In this document: piece by piece, positions 1 through 11,204 of the stretch
Layout: every line of letters begins with the position of its first letter
How positions within the stretch are numbered: the first letter of the stretch is position 1
NCBI GenBank assembly: GCA_963745025.1
Contig: CAVUWD010000012.1
Coordinates: forward strand, 1-64,000
Source of the DNA: an uncultured delta proteobacterium
Lineage (GTDB): Bacteria > Desulfobacterota > Binatia > JACPRU01
Direction of reading: 5' to 3'
Length of the DNA: 64,000 nucleotides
Program-made: the position numbers and the translations under genes
The notes under the pieces: model-generated
What the model was told of the DNA's origin: nothing
The model's input: only the letters and a program-made list of their open reading frames with translations
The model's database searches: none

Positions 1-410
1 ACGCAGGTCGGCCAGGCACGACGGGAGTCAAAACCGCTGGGGCGTTTCAGGTTGAGCGGGGATGCGAGACGGCAGTCCATCTGGGCGCAGACCCGCCGAG
101 CCGTGACCATCCTCCTGCGATCGGCAGCCTCGCGACCGACACCGGGCTCGGCGCACAGGGTCGTCCTCGGGCCAGCTCGCGCGGTCGAGCCGATCCCGCT
201 TCTCCGCCTCGGCCACGCGTCGCATGGGCTGATCGACGTTGACAAGCCGCTCGCGCGGACGTAGTCAAGGTCGAACCGCGAGGGCACGTGCCCGTCAAAC
301 CAAGAGAGGCCGACGCACCGTCACCGTTTCGACCGCTCGACGCGGGATGAACAGGAGCTGGGGGTGTCGGCGCGGCATGCGCCCACCCGGCAGTTCGAGA
401 GGAGATGAGC

Positions 411-1900
411 ATGGCCCTCAAGACGCCGGAGCAGTACGTCGAGAGCCTGCGGGCGCTGAGATTCGCGCCTACGTCGGTGGCGAGCGGGTCGAGTCGATCG
501 TCGACCACCCGTCGGTCGCGCCGCACATCAACACGGTCGCGAAGACCTACGAGCTGGCGCACGTGCCCGAGCACCGCGACGTGATGACGGCGACGAGCCA
601 CCTGACCGGCGAGCGGATCCACCGCTACACGCACATCTTCCAGAGCGCCGACGACCTGGTGAAGAAGATCCAGATGCTGCGCCTGCTCGGCCAGATGACC
701 GGCACCTGCTTCCAGCGCTGCGTCGGCCTCGACGCGCTGAACGCGATCTACGCGGTCTCCTACGAGATCGATCAGGCCGAAGGGCACCGACTACCACGCA
801 GCGCTTCACGCACGTACCTCGCGCGGGTGCAGCGCGAGGACCTGATGCTGGCCGGCGCGATGACCGACCCGAAGGGCCACCGGCCAAGCGGCCCTCGGAG
901 CAGGAGGATCCCGACCAGTTCGTGCGCGTCGTCGAGCGCCGGCCGGACGGCGTCGTGATCCGCGGCGCCAAGCTGCACAACACGGGCGGGATCAACTCGC
1001 ACGAGGTCCTCGTGCTGCCCGGCACCGGCCTGGTGCCGGCGAGGAGGACTACGCGATCGCCTGCGCCGTGCCGGCCGACGCGAAGGGCGTGATGTTCATC
1101 TTCGGCCGCCAGTCGAACGACTCGCGCAAGCTCGAGGGCGGCTGCGACATCGGCAACCCGCGCTTCGGCGTCGTCGGCGGCGAGGCGATGGTCGTCTTCG
1201 ACGACGTCTTCGTGCCGAACGAGCGGATCTTCCTGAACGGCGAGGTCGAAGTACGTCGGGCACGCTCGTCAACTACTTCGCGACCTGGCACCGCGCCAAC
1301 TACGGCGGCTGCAAGGGCGGCAACGCCGACGTGCTGATCGGCGCCACCGCCAAGATGACCCGCGATCCTCGGCACCGACCGCAACGCCGTCGTCAAGGAC
1401 AAGCTCGTCGAGATGATCCACATGAACGAGACCACCTACGCGTCGGCGATCGGCGCCAGCGCGATGGGCTACGCGCTGCCGTGCGGCTCGTTCATGGTCG
1501 ACCCGATGATGGCCAACACGGTCAAGCAGAACATCACCCGCAACGTCTACCAGATCGGCCGCCTCAGCCACGACCTCGCCGGCGGCTTCCTCGCCACGAT
1601 GCCCGACGAGAAGGCGCTCGAGAACCCCGAGATCGGCGACCTCGTCCGCAAGTACCACACCGCCAACCCGGACTACGACGTCGACGAGCGCATCAAGCTC
1701 GGCCGCTACATCGAGAACATGACCAGCGTCACGACCATGGTCGAGGCGATGCACGGCGCCGGCTCGCCCGCAGGCGCAGCGCATCGTCATGCTCGGCCAG
1801 GCCGCGCATCGAGGAGAAGATCGCATGGCCGACGCAGGTCATCAACGGCACCGACGACGTCCCGGGTCTGTCGATTCCCGGTGCGCCCAGGAATCGCTGA
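411..1900 (+). pseudogene. abfD: 4-hydroxybutyryl-CoA dehydratase / HpaB-family gene with many frameshifts (probably sequencing errors)
   Basis: ATG 411 (MALKTPEQYVESLR) after GAGAGGAG. Family motifs are spread across frames: TGTCFQRCVG, GAMTDPKG, VIRGAKLH, WHRANYGGCKGG and EAMHGAGSP. About 8-10 indels are needed to join them. Confidence 0.8.
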
Positions 1901-2103
1901 CACGACAGCGGCTGTTCTCAGAATCTTCTCGCGGCGCGGCCGGTTCAGCTCCTCCTCTACCGAGTTGCGGATGCAGTTCTCCGTCGGCTCGAACTCTCGG
2001 GGAAGCTCAGCAAAGGGGGATAGTAACTATAAGCGGCCGAGTTGTCATAATGGCCGCGGAAGGGCGCCTCGCTGCCGTGACGACGCAAGGGGAGACCCCA
2101 CCG

Positions 2104-4011
2104 TCACCCCGGATCGCCCACGGGCGCGGCGAGGCCGTCGGCGACGATTGCGCCCACGTTGCTGCCGGTAAGCGATTCGAGGAAGACGACGAGGTCGTCC
2201 TTCTCGGTGTCACTGAGGTGGAGCGGCCGGATCGCAGGGTCGAGCAGCTCGTTGGTCGCGCCACCAGCGTCGTAGAATTCGACGACCTCACGCAATGTCG
2301 CGAGCGAGCCGTCGTGCATGTACGGCGCCGTCAGGGCGACGTTGCGCAGCCCCGGCGTCTTGTACTTCCAGCGGTCGTTCGGGTCTTCGGAGATCTCGTA
2401 ACGCCCGAGGTCGCTTGGCGGCGGTTCGGACGCGTCGGCGACGACGGCCGTATCCATGGTAACGAAAGTCCCCGGCGCGAGCTGGACGCGGCGGTGGCTT
2501 GGAGTGCTCGCCATCGTCTGTCGGTAGCCGACGCCGGTGTTGTGCAGCTGCTGGTCTGTGAAGAGCGCGTAGTTCTCGGCGATCGTGTGGCAATGGGCGC
2601 AGCCGGCCTTGACCGTGAAGAGTTGAAAACCGCGCGCTGCCGACGGCGAGACGGCTCCCCGCTCTTTGCCGAAGTGCCAACGGTCGAACGGGCTGTTCGC
2701 CGACAGCAGGGTGCGCTCATAGTTCGCGAGCGCCATCCCCAACGTCTCCATCGTAAGCCCGCGTCCGTCGAACGCGGCCTCGAAACGCCCGCGGTAGTCC
2801 GGCAGCGCACGGATCTTATCGAGCACGTAGCCGACCGCAGGATCGCCCATTTCGTTGCGCGCCAGAAGGGGCCCCCAGATCTGCTGCTCGAGCCGCGTCT
2901 CGCGCCCGTCGTGAAACAGGAGTTTGGCGTAGGCGGCGTTGTAGATCGTCGGCGCATTGCGCCGCACGGTCTGCCCCTCGATCCCAACCGCGGTGGCGAT
3001 CTCGTTGTTCGTGAACCCCTGGTCGGGGATGTGGCACATGGCGCACGAGATCGTGTTGTTCCGTGAGAGCCGGCGGTCGAAGAAGAGCCTGCGCCCGAGT
3101 GCCACCTTCTCGACTGTGACCGGATCGTCTTTGAGCACCGGCACTTTCGGCAAGCCGAGTGGGGGGTTGATCTGGAAGCGCATGAGGTTCGTCGGCGTGC
3201 CGGTCTGCGTGGCGAGGCTGTGTGACCGCGTCTCGTAGTCGTCACGCTCGTAGCCGTGCTTGTCGTCCCCGGCAGAGGGAACTCCGGCAGCCCCGCCCGC
3301 GAGCTCGTCTCCGGGTCGACCCCCGTCGCGGTGGTCCTCACGCAGGACCGTTTGGATGTCGCTCGTCACCGTGTCCGCGTGGAGGAACGAGCTGGAGTAG
3401 ATGTTGCGGATGCGTTTCCCCTTGTCGATCAGATAGACGCGGAGAATGTGGGAGATCGTGCCGAGCGGCTTACCGTTCTCGTCATACTCTCTGCGCACGG
3501 ACTGGCCGTAGGCCTCCAGGATCGGGGCGAGCGCCTGCTCCGATGCGGTGGTGAGGAAGGCCCAGTCTGCTCCTCCTTTGGGAGCGAGCGTGTCTCCGTA
3601 TTGGCGCATCGCGGCGGGAGGGTCGTGCGCCGGATCGAAGCTCATGGAGACGAGCCGCACCTCATCGCGGAGAGCCGGATCCTCGAGAACGCGCCGCTCA
3701 ATGCCCGTCAGGACGAAGTTCGCGAGCGGACATCCATTGACGTCCGGACACGACCGGTAGACGAAGCTCAGGACGACGACCTTGTCGCCGAGAAAGTCAT
3801 GGATGCGGCGGGGGCGGCCGGCGGTGTCGAGCACGTCGCCGTCCGCCGCCTCGCCGAGCGGCGGCAGCTCGTATGTGCCCGGCGCGGGCGCCGCATAGCC
3901 GAGCGCCGTCCAGCCGGGCGCCAGCACGTTGGGCGCGGGTGTGGGCTCGGCGTGCGCCAAGCCGGCGATCGCGGCGAACGCCAGGACGAGAAGTGGCGGC
4001 CCGTTACGCAT
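2104..4011 (-). CDS. SCO1/SenC copper chaperone fused to a MauG-like diheme cytochrome c peroxidase
   Basis: Signal peptide; SCO domain with CPDVNGCP and a His in SHILR; two heme motifs CAMCH and CAHCH; KTPGLRNVALTAPYMHDG. Lies directly downstream of mtoX. Confidence 0.9.
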   Translation of the reverse strand: MRNGPPLLVLAFAAIAGLAHAEPTPAPNVLAPGWTALGYAAPAPGTYELPPLGEAADGDVLDTAGRPRRIHDFLGDKVVVLSFVYRSCPDVNGCPLANFVLTGIERRVLEDPALRDEVRLVSMSFDPAHDPPAAMRQYGDTLAPKGGADWAFLTTASEQALAPILEAYGQSVRREYDENGKPLGTISHILRVYLIDKGKRIRNIYSSSFLHADTVTSDIQTVLREDHRDGGRPGDELAGGAAGVPSAGDDKHGYERDDYETRSHSLATQTGTPTNLMRFQINPPLGLPKVPVLKDDPVTVEKVALGRRLFFDRRLSRNNTISCAMCHIPDQGFTNNEIATAVGIEGQTVRRNAPTIYNAAYAKLLFHDGRETRLEQQIWGPLLARNEMGDPAVGYVLDKIRALPDYRGRFEAAFDGRGLTMETLGMALANYERTLLSANSPFDRWHFGKERGAVSPSAARGFQLFTVKAGCAHCHTIAENYALFTDQQLHNTGVGYRQTMASTPSHRRVQLAPGTFVTMDTAVVADASEPPPSDLGRYEISEDPNDRWKYKTPGLRNVALTAPYMHDGSLATLREVVEFYDAGGATNELLDPAIRPLHLSDTEKDDLVVFLESLTGSNVGAIVADGLAAPVGDPG

Positions 4012-4049
4012 CGCCGCCACGCCGCGGCGCGGCGACGCCGCTCCTCGGG

Positions 4050-5431
4050 TTATCGCACCGCCTCGGCGACCCGCACGTCCTCATCGCGCCGAGCGCTGCC
4101 GTACAACGCGCGGGCACCGAAGCGCATCTGGTGCGGCGCACCGAGCTTCTCCTTCTGGAAGTCGATCGCGAAGGCGGCGTCAGCTTCTTGCCGTCCCAGT
4201 CGTAGGCCTTGAAGTACTGCAGGTCCCCCGGTTTCCCCTCGGTCTTGTCCCAGTTCGCGAGCAGCGACGAGGTGAAGTACACGCGCTTGCCGTCCCAGCT
4301 TTGCGACACCATGTTCAGCTGATCGCCGATCTTCTGCTCGGAGATCTGCTTCGGATGATGCGGGTCGCTGATGTCGAACAGTCGTGTCATGCCGTCGTTC
4401 CACGTATCGACCCACAGCCGGGTGTCGTCGGCGGAAATCGAGATGTCGACCGGCAGCGGGATCTTGCTCGCGTCACCGATGTCGGCGACGGCCTCGGCCT
4501 GCCAGTCGCCTTGTCCGTCGGAATAGATCAGCCAGATCTTCGAGGTCAGCGCCGTGCTGGTGAAGCAGTAGTCGTGTCGCGCTCCCCAGGCGCAACGGAT
4601 CTCCAGCGGCGCGCCCGGCACGTCGAAGATCTTCTTCGGCTTGCGCGTGTGCAGGTCCCACACCACCACGGTGTTGCCGAAGTGCTTCATCGCCTCGGCA
4701 TCGGCCATCATCTTGCCGAGGTTCATCATGTAGTTGTTCCAGCCGGTGAACGACGAGGTGACGAGCACGTTGAGCCGCGGCAGCGCGCGGACGTCGTAGC
4801 CGTAGCCGTCGGCGTACTTGCCGGTCTTCTTCGCGCCCGCGAGCTGATCGTCGGTGGGCATCCAGTGCGTGGTGACGTACTCGCCGTCGTTGGTGTATTC
4901 GACCATGCCGGTCCGTCCGCCGTGGTCTTTGTTGTTCGACAGCCCGGTGATCATCATGCGCCCGGGCAGCGCATAGTGCGTGTGCGGGCCGACGACGCCG
5001 CCGCTCTTCGCCACGAAGTCGTCGATCGTCTTGTGCAGCTTCGGCTTCGCGGGATCGGTGTGGATGTCGAAGATGAAGATCTTGCTCGTGTCGAGGCCGG
5101 TCGCCCACAGGTACATGCGGTCGTCGGTCAACCCCGAGTGGTGCGCCTCGTTGCGGCCGCCCACCGAGAGCGTGTTGACGACCTTGCCGTAGTCGGCCGA
5201 TTTCGGGTTCACGTCGATGGTGACGAGCTTGTCCTGCTCGTCGCCGACGCCGGCCATGCCCAGTGTCCACACGTAGATGAAGTCTTCCTGCCCCACGATC
5301 TTCGCCATGTAGGGCGACATGCAGGTCTCATCCGCCACGACTGATGCCGCTCCGAAAAGAGCCACTGCACAAAACGTCACGGTCGCAACCAGACCGGCGC
5401 TCCGACAGGTCCGCGAGTGCGTTGTTGTCAT
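4050..5431 (-). CDS. mtoX: Methanethiol oxidase (SBP56/SELENBP1 family), with one frameshift near 4180
   Basis: GGAGGAGAT-ATG at 5431; signal peptide then DETCMSPY...GQEDFIYVWTLG, EAHH, GPHT, FTGWNNY and SLLANWD. The native-looking C-terminus (AFAIDFQKEKLGAPHQMRFG) is in the frame ending at 4050. Confidence 0.88.
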
Positions 5432-5855
5432 ATCTCCTCCTTTGGGGTCGTACGCTTCGGGCACCCACGCCTGTCGTGGCGGAGCTCGATTCGCTTCCCG
5501 CCCGGCCGGCCGGGGCCCAAAAGCACCCGTACCCAATCGTTCAACCGGCTGCCGCTGTCAAGATCGATCACCGGGCGGAGCGGTGCCGGCGGGGGTACCG
5601 CCGACCGAGGTCGAGCCGCGATAGGGAGGGCACGTCGAGGCTTGCCTTGGGCCCGGCTCTCGGTAAGAGTCGGTGGTCGCGGGAGGTAGCTCACGAAGCG
5701 ATTCGCTCCGACGGGGTAACGTTACTGCGTGTCGTGGGCTTTTGGAAGGCGGACCCACCGGTGATCGCCCTGGGCCGCGACGCCATGTTGGCCGAGCCGA
5801 CTCGTCTCCATCATCCAAGCGGGCGGCGCCGACCGCGTCGCGAAAGGAGTCGCCG

Positions 5856-7256
5856 ATGACGACACGTGAATCCGATCTGAATCCGTTCCTACAAGGTAAC
5901 TTCGCCCCGTGGCGAATGGAGGGCGATGCCGACGATCTAGAGGTCGTCGGCGAGATCCCGCCCGGCCTGAACGGCACCTATTACCGAAACGGCCCGAACC
6001 CGGCTTACGAGCCCGCCGGCCGCTACCACTGGTTCGACGGCGACGGGATGATCCACGCGATTCGTCTCGAAGACGGCCGGGCGTCTTATCGAAACCGCTA
6101 CGTCAGGAGCGAGGGTCTCCTCGAGGAGCGGCGAGCCGGCAAGGCGACCTTCCCGGGTCTCTTGAGCCTGTCGATGACCGAGGCGCCGCGCTTCAAGAAT
6201 ACCGCCAACACCAACATCGTCTCGCACGCCGGGAAGCTGCTCGCGCTGGTCGAGAGCTCGCTGCCGACCGCGCTCGTCCCCTGCACCCTGGAGACGGTCG
6301 GCGTCTACGATTTCGCCGGACGCCTTGCCGGCCCGATGACGGCTCATCCGAAGATCGACCCCGAGACCGGGGAAATGTTGTTCTTCGGCTACTCGCCGTT
6401 CCCGCCTTATCTCCAGTACCATGTGGCCGACGCCAGCGGGACCCTCGTGCGGAGCGAGCCGATCGACGTCGCCTGGCCGTCGATGATCCACGACTTCGCG
6501 ATCACCCGCGATCACGTGATCTTCATCCTCTGCCCCATCGTCTTCCGCTTCGAGAATCTCGCGGAGGGTGAGGGAATCTTCTCGTGGGAGCCCGAGCGCG
6601 GCACGCGGCTCGGCGTCATGCCCCGCAGCGGCGGCAACTCCGACGTTCGCTGGTTCGACACCGATGCGTGCTTCGTCTTTCATCCGTTGAATGCGTATGA
6701 CGACGGCCACCAAGTCGTCCTCGACGTCGCGCGCTACGAGCAGCTGCTCTTCATGTCGCCGCGGGCGGCACGCGACCCCGACTGGCGCGGCAAGAACGTG
6801 GCGCGACTCCATCGCTGGCGGATCGATCGCGAGCGCGGCGGCGTTCGATCCGAGCCGCTCGAAGACGGCGATGGAGAATTCCCGCGCGCCGACGAACGGC
6901 GCCTCGGCCGCAAGCACCGGTTCGGCTACATGGCCGCCACCGGGCCGGAAGGCAACGAGACGCACCACCCCGTGTTCACCGCGATTCGAAAATTCGACCT
7001 CGAGCGCGGAACGATCGAGACACGAGCCTTCGGCCGCGGCAGCGGCGTCGGCGAGCCGCTGTTCGTTCCCCGCCGAGCCGAATCCGACGAGGACGATGGT
7101 TACGTGCTCGCGATCGTCTACGATCAGTCGAGGAATGCCAGCGATTTCATGATCCTCGACGCCCGGAGCATCAACGCGGAGCCCGTGGCGCGGGTTCCGC
7201 TACCGCACCGCGTTCCGTATGGTTTTCACGGGAATTGGGTTCCGGCGGAGGCCTGA
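5856..7256 (+). CDS. Carotenoid cleavage oxygenase / lignostilbene dioxygenase family (RPE65)
   Basis: AAGGAG RBS; [19 protein letters not shown]; four Fe-binding His in TAHPK, IHDF, FHPLNAY and GFHGNW. Confidence 0.93.
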   Translation: MTTRESDLNPFLQGNFAPWRMEGDADDLEVVGEIPPGLNGTYYRNGPNPAYEPAGRYHWFDGDGMIHAIRLEDGRASYRNRYVRSEGLLEERRAGKATFPGLLSLSMTEAPRFKNTANTNIVSHAGKLLALVESSLPTALVPCTLETVGVYDFAGRLAGPMTAHPKIDPETGEMLFFGYSPFPPYLQYHVADASGTLVRSEPIDVAWPSMIHDFAITRDHVIFILCPIVFRFENLAEGEGIFSWEPERGTRLGVMPRSGGNSDVRWFDTDACFVFHPLNAYDDGHQVVLDVARYEQLLFMSPRAARDPDWRGKNVARLHRWRIDRERGGVRSEPLEDGDGEFPRADERRLGRKHRFGYMAATGPEGNETHHPVFTAIRKFDLERGTIETRAFGRGSGVGEPLFVPRRAESDEDDGYVLAIVYDQSRNASDFMILDARSINAEPVARVPLPHRVPYGFHGNWVPAEA

Positions 7257-7287
7257 ACCCGACGCCGGAAGCCCGACACTTGAACTC

Positions 7288-8286
7288 ATGAAGGCCTTCA
7301 CGCTCCATTCGCCGGCTCCGGTCGACGAGGCGCCGCTCCGCTGGGAGGAGGTCGATCTGCCGGAGCCTCGAGAGGACGAGGTTCGGGTCCGGGTCCAGGC
7401 GTGCGGGATCTGCCGCACGGACCTGCACGTCGTCGAGGGCGATCTCGCGCCGCGCCGCTCGCCCGTGATCCCCGGGCATCAGGTCGTCGGCACGATCGAT
7501 GCGCTCGGCGAGCGTGCGCGCCGGTTCGCGCCGGGAGAGCGCGTGGGCATCGCCTGGCTTCACAGGACCTGCGGCCGCTGCGAGTACTGCCGCTCGGGCC
7601 GCGAGAACCTCTGCGACGATCCACTGTTCACCGGCTGGAGCGCCGACGGCGGCTACGCCGAATACGTGGTCGCGCCACAAGCCTTCGTCTATCGGATCCC
7701 CGAGGGCTTCGGCGATCTCGCGGCGGCGCCGCTCCTCTGCGCCGGCATCATCGGGTTTCGCTCGCTCCGACTCTCCGGCATCGGCAAGGGCGGCAGGCTC
7801 GGTCTATACGGATTCGGCGCCGCCGCGCACGTCGCGATCCAGGTCGCACGCCATTGGGGCGCCGAAGTCTATGCCGTGACCCGCGAGCCGCGACACCAGG
7901 ACCTCGCGCGTAGCCTCGGTGCAGCGTGGGCCGGAGGCGCAACCGATCCGCCACCGCAGCACCTCGATGCGTCGATCATCTTCGCGCCCGCAGGCGAGCT
8001 CGTTCCGCCCGCGCTGCGAATCCTCAAGAAAGGTGGCGTGCTGGTGCTCGGCGGCATCCACATGAGCCCGATCCCGCCGCTCGAGTATTCGCTTCTCTAT
8101 CAGGAGCGCATGATCCGCAGCGTGGCGAACAACACGCGCCAGGACGGCGAAGACTTTCTGAGCGTGGCGGCGCGGATTCCGATCCGCACGGAGATTCAAG
8201 TGTTCCCGCTGGCGCAGGCCAACGAGGCGCTCCAGGCGCTCAAGCACGATCGTGTGCGCGGCGCGGCGGTGCTGAAGGTCGCGTGA
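7288..8286 (+). CDS. Zinc-dependent alcohol dehydrogenase
   Basis: [16 protein letters not shown], structural Zn motif CGRCEYC...C, APLLCAG and GFGAAA. Confidence 0.93.
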   Translation: MKAFTLHSPAPVDEAPLRWEEVDLPEPREDEVRVRVQACGICRTDLHVVEGDLAPRRSPVIPGHQVVGTIDALGERARRFAPGERVGIAWLHRTCGRCEYCRSGRENLCDDPLFTGWSADGGYAEYVVAPQAFVYRIPEGFGDLAAAPLLCAGIIGFRSLRLSGIGKGGRLGLYGFGAAAHVAIQVARHWGAEVYAVTREPRHQDLARSLGAAWAGGATDPPPQHLDASIIFAPAGELVPPALRILKKGGVLVLGGIHMSPIPPLEYSLLYQERMIRSVANNTRQDGEDFLSVAARIPIRTEIQVFPLAQANEALQALKHDRVRGAAVLKVA

Positions 8287-8534
8287 GAAGTAAGGGCTCT
8301 CGGTTCTGGATCGGCGTGACGCTCGTGGCGACGAGCTTCGCGCTCTATCCCGCCTTTGTCTTGATCGCGTTCTTGCCGCTCACTGCCGCGGGCAAGATCG
8401 CATGCGCGCTCGCCGCGTGGATGCTCAGCTGGAGCCTCTTCGCCCTCGGCAGCGCTTTGGCGGGCAAGGAAGGCGTGCGCTACGTGAGGGAGACCTTGCT
8501 CGGTCGCCGGTCTCCCACACCGCCAGGGTCCTGA
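8283..8534 (+). CDS. Small two-helix membrane protein (resembles 'transporter suffix domain' proteins)
   Basis: GTG overlaps the ADH stop (GTGA); two hydrophobic segments and an LAGKEG motif. Confidence 0.6.
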   Translation: MRSKGSRFWIGVTLVATSFALYPAFVLIAFLPLTAAGKIACALAAWMLSWSLFALGSALAGKEGVRYVRETLLGRRSPTPPGS

Positions 8535-8558
8535 GCGATGTTTCGGCGCGGCGCTGGC

Positions 8559-9206
8559 TCAAACCCCGAGGATCCTCACCGATGCCCGCGTCTTGTGCTT
8601 TCGGTTCAGGTTGAGGAGCAGCGCGGTCATCGCCTCGAAGACCCCCGCGTTGCGGAGGTCGCCTGCATCCACGGGGCGGAGGTCGCGGACGCGGCGAACG
8701 AGCTGAGCGACCACCCCCTTCGCGGATTCGTCGTTGCCGCAGAGGAGGACGTCTCCCTCCATCGCGTGCTCGAGCTCGATCAGATGCTGCGCGCTCTGGT
8801 GCTTGAACGCGCTCACCACCTTGGCGCCCTTCACACGCGCCTGGATCTTCTCGCCCGCCGACCCCTCGGGTGGCAGTTCGACGCCGAAGAACTTGCTCGC
8901 GACCTTGAGCGGCACGATCGTATCGATCACGAGCTTGCCTTCCATCGCCGCGGCGCAATCGGCGAGGATCGCGTCGATGCCTTCGTAGGGGAACGCGAGC
9001 ACCACAACTTCCGCCTCGGCTGCGGCCTTGACATTCGGTCCGCCCGAGAGTGATGCCTGCGGCAGCTTCGCGCGCAGAGTCTTCACGGCGTCCTCCGCGC
9101 GCTCGGCGGAGCGCGAGCCGATGATCACCGACTCACCGATCTGCGCGAGGCGCGCGGCCAATCCGAGCCCCTCGGGGCCCGTACCTCCAAGAACGGCTAT
9201 TCGCAT
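8559..9206 (-). CDS. npdG: NADPH-dependent F420 reductase
   Basis: MRIAVLGGTGPEGLGLA, IGSR, GSAGE, VVSAFKH and DAGDL; 215 aa. Confidence 0.88.
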   Translation of the reverse strand: MRIAVLGGTGPEGLGLAARLAQIGESVIIGSRSAERAEDAVKTLRAKLPQASLSGGPNVKAAAEAEVVVLAFPYEGIDAILADCAAAMEGKLVIDTIVPLKVASKFFGVELPPEGSAGEKIQARVKGAKVVSAFKHQSAQHLIELEHAMEGDVLLCGNDESAKGVVAQLVRRVRDLRPVDAGDLRNAGVFEAMTALLLNLNRKHKTRASVRILGV

Positions 9207-9383
9207 GGCGCTCCCTTATCCCTTTCTCCGCGGATTGTCTGCGATCGAAATGACCAAAACGGCCATACCAAAGAGAGCGCCGGACGGGAAACCCCTCTCT
9301 GGAGCAGCGAGCCGATTCACGATACACAGTTCGTCTTGGGCGGATGACTGCGGCGCCGCCCTCCAGAGCGAGGATTCGAAGCG

Positions 9384-11204
9384 ATGAAACTGGTGCGGAT
9401 CGCCAACTCAAGCGGCTACTGGGGCGACGACCCCGAGGCGCTCTACCGCCAAGTGACCGGCGGAGAGATCGATTACGTGACCGGCGACTACCTCGCCGAG
9501 ATCACCATGGTGATCCTCGAGCGTCAGCGCCGCGCCAACCCGAGCCGCGGTTACGCCTACGACTTTATCGGCCACCTCCGCCGCGCGCTTCCGGAGATCG
9601 CCCGGCGCGGCATCCGCGTCGTCGTCAACGCCGGCGGCGTGAACCCCGAAGCCTGCCGGGACGCCATCACCGAGCTCTGCCGCGGCGCCGGGGTGTCGAT
9701 CCCGATCGCCGTCGTCGACGGCGGCGACCTCCTGCCGCGTGTCAACCAGCTCCGCGAGCAGGGCGTCTCTTTTCGCCATCTCGATACCGGCGAGGATTTC
9801 TCGACGATCGCCGATCATCTGGTGAGCGCGCACGCCTACCTCGGGGCGCGGCCGATCGCAGCGGCGCTCGACCAAGGCGCGCAGATCGTCCTCACCACGC
9901 GCGTGACCGATGCTGCCGTCGCGCTCGGCCCGATGATCCACGAGTTCGGCTGGAGCGAGACCGACTGGGACCGGCTCGCCGCCGGCACGGTCGCCGGTCA
10001 CATCCTCGAGTGCGGCGGGCAGGCGACGGGCGGCAACTACACCGACTTCCTCGAGGTGCCTCTGTGGAGCGAGAAGGGTTGGTTCGGTTACCCGATCGTC
10101 GAGATCGACGAGAGTGGTGACTTCGTCGTCACCAAGCATGAGGGCACCGCCGGGCTCGTCAACGTGAAGTCGATCACCGAGCAGCTGCTCTACGAGATCG
10201 GTGATCCCAAGGTGTACCTCACACCGGACGTGACGTGCGACTTTACGAGCGTCCACCTCAAGGAAGTGGGCCGCGATCGCGTGCGTGTCAGCGGCGCCAA
10301 GGGCTTGCCCGCCCCACCCTACCTGAAGGTCTCTGCGGTCTATACCAAGGGTTATCGGGCCACCGGCATGGTGCTCCTCTCCGGATCGCGCACCCGGCAG
10401 AAGGCCGAGCATCTCGGCCAGCTCCTCTGGAGCCGGCTGAAGCACGAGTTCGAGGACTCGCGCGCGGACCTCATCGGATTCGACGCCTGTTGGCTCGGCG
10501 CCGCTCCCGAGCGCACGCCGAACGAAGGGATCTTGCGCTTCGCGGTGCGTGACAGCGATCGCACCAAGGTTGAAGAGTTCTCGCGTGTGCTGCTCGGCTT
10601 CGGCCTCCAGGGACCGCCCGGACTCGGCATGGTCGGTGGCCGTCCCGAGGTGCAAGAGGCGTTTGCCTTCTGGCCGACGCTCGTGCCGCGCCACCTGCTG
10701 AGCGCCCGCGTCCAGGTCCAAGGGGGGCGCGACGCCGCGCCGTTCCAGATTCCCATGCGCCTCGATGCCGCGGCCGAACCGACCGCGAGCGCGCGCTCGG
10801 TGGGTGGGTCGACGACGAGCATCCGCGGCCGAACGCACGATACGCGCCACGCCCGATTGGTGTCGATTGCCTACGCGCGCTCGGGCGACAAGGGGGATTC
10901 GGCCAACATCGGCGTGGCGGCACGCTCCGATGCCGCCTACGAGTTCCTGCGACGCGCGCTCACCGCCGACGTCGTCGCCGACTACTACAAGGGTCTCTGC
11001 AAGGGCGGCGTCGTGCGCTACGAGATGCCGAACCTCCGCGCGCTGAATTTCGTTCTCAAGGAAGCGCTCGGCGGCGGCGGCACGCTCTCGCTCCGCGTCG
11101 ACCATCAGGGCAAGACGCTCGCGCAGGGGCTTCTCCGCATGGAGCTCGACGTACCGATCCAGGTGTTCGAATCCGTGAAGATCGAGAACCTGAGGGAAGC
11201 GTGA
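9384..11204 (+). CDS. atuA: Acyclic terpene utilization AtuA family protein
   Basis: IANSSGYWGD, DYLAEITM, NAGGVNP, AGHILECGGQATGGN, EQLLYEI, ARSGDKG and GGGGT. Confidence 0.9.
   Translation: MKLVRIANSSGYWGDDPEALYRQVTGGEIDYVTGDYLAEITMVILERQRRANPSRGYAYDFIGHLRRALPEIARRGIRVVVNAGGVNPEACRDAITELCRGAGVSIPIAVVDGGDLLPRVNQLREQGVSFRHLDTGEDFSTIADHLVSAHAYLGARPIAAALDQGAQIVLTTRVTDAAVALGPMIHEFGWSETDWDRLAAGTVAGHILECGGQATGGNYTDFLEVPLWSEKGWFGYPIVEIDESGDFVVTKHEGTAGLVNVKSITEQLLYEIGDPKVYLTPDVTCDFTSVHLKEVGRDRVRVSGAKGLPAPPYLKVSAVYTKGYRATGMVLLSGSRTRQKAEHLGQLLWSRLKHEFEDSRADLIGFDACWLGAAPERTPNEGILRFAVRDSDRTKVEEFSRVLLGFGLQGPPGLGMVGGRPEVQEAFAFWPTLVPRHLLSARVQVQGGRDAAPFQIPMRLDAAAEPTASARSVGGSTTSIRGRTHDTRHARLVSIAYARSGDKGDSANIGVAARSDAAYEFLRRALTADVVADYYKGLCKGGVVRYEMPNLRALNFVLKEALGGGGTLSLRVDHQGKTLAQGLLRMELDVPIQVFESVKIENLREA

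Noticed and set aside
1-264. Possible 3' end of a gene upstream of abfD
   Set aside because: The region is error-prone with no recognisable motif, so a call cannot be supported.
2022-2040. GTAACTATAA resembling the 23S rRNA / I-CeuI site
   Set aside because: Only about 10 nt match and there is no surrounding rRNA sequence.
4050-5431. Functional link between the 'selenium-binding' SBP56 gene and the selenoproteins
   Set aside because: Its motifs and SCO/MauG partner indicate methanethiol oxidase; it has no in-frame UGA and lies about 10 kb away.
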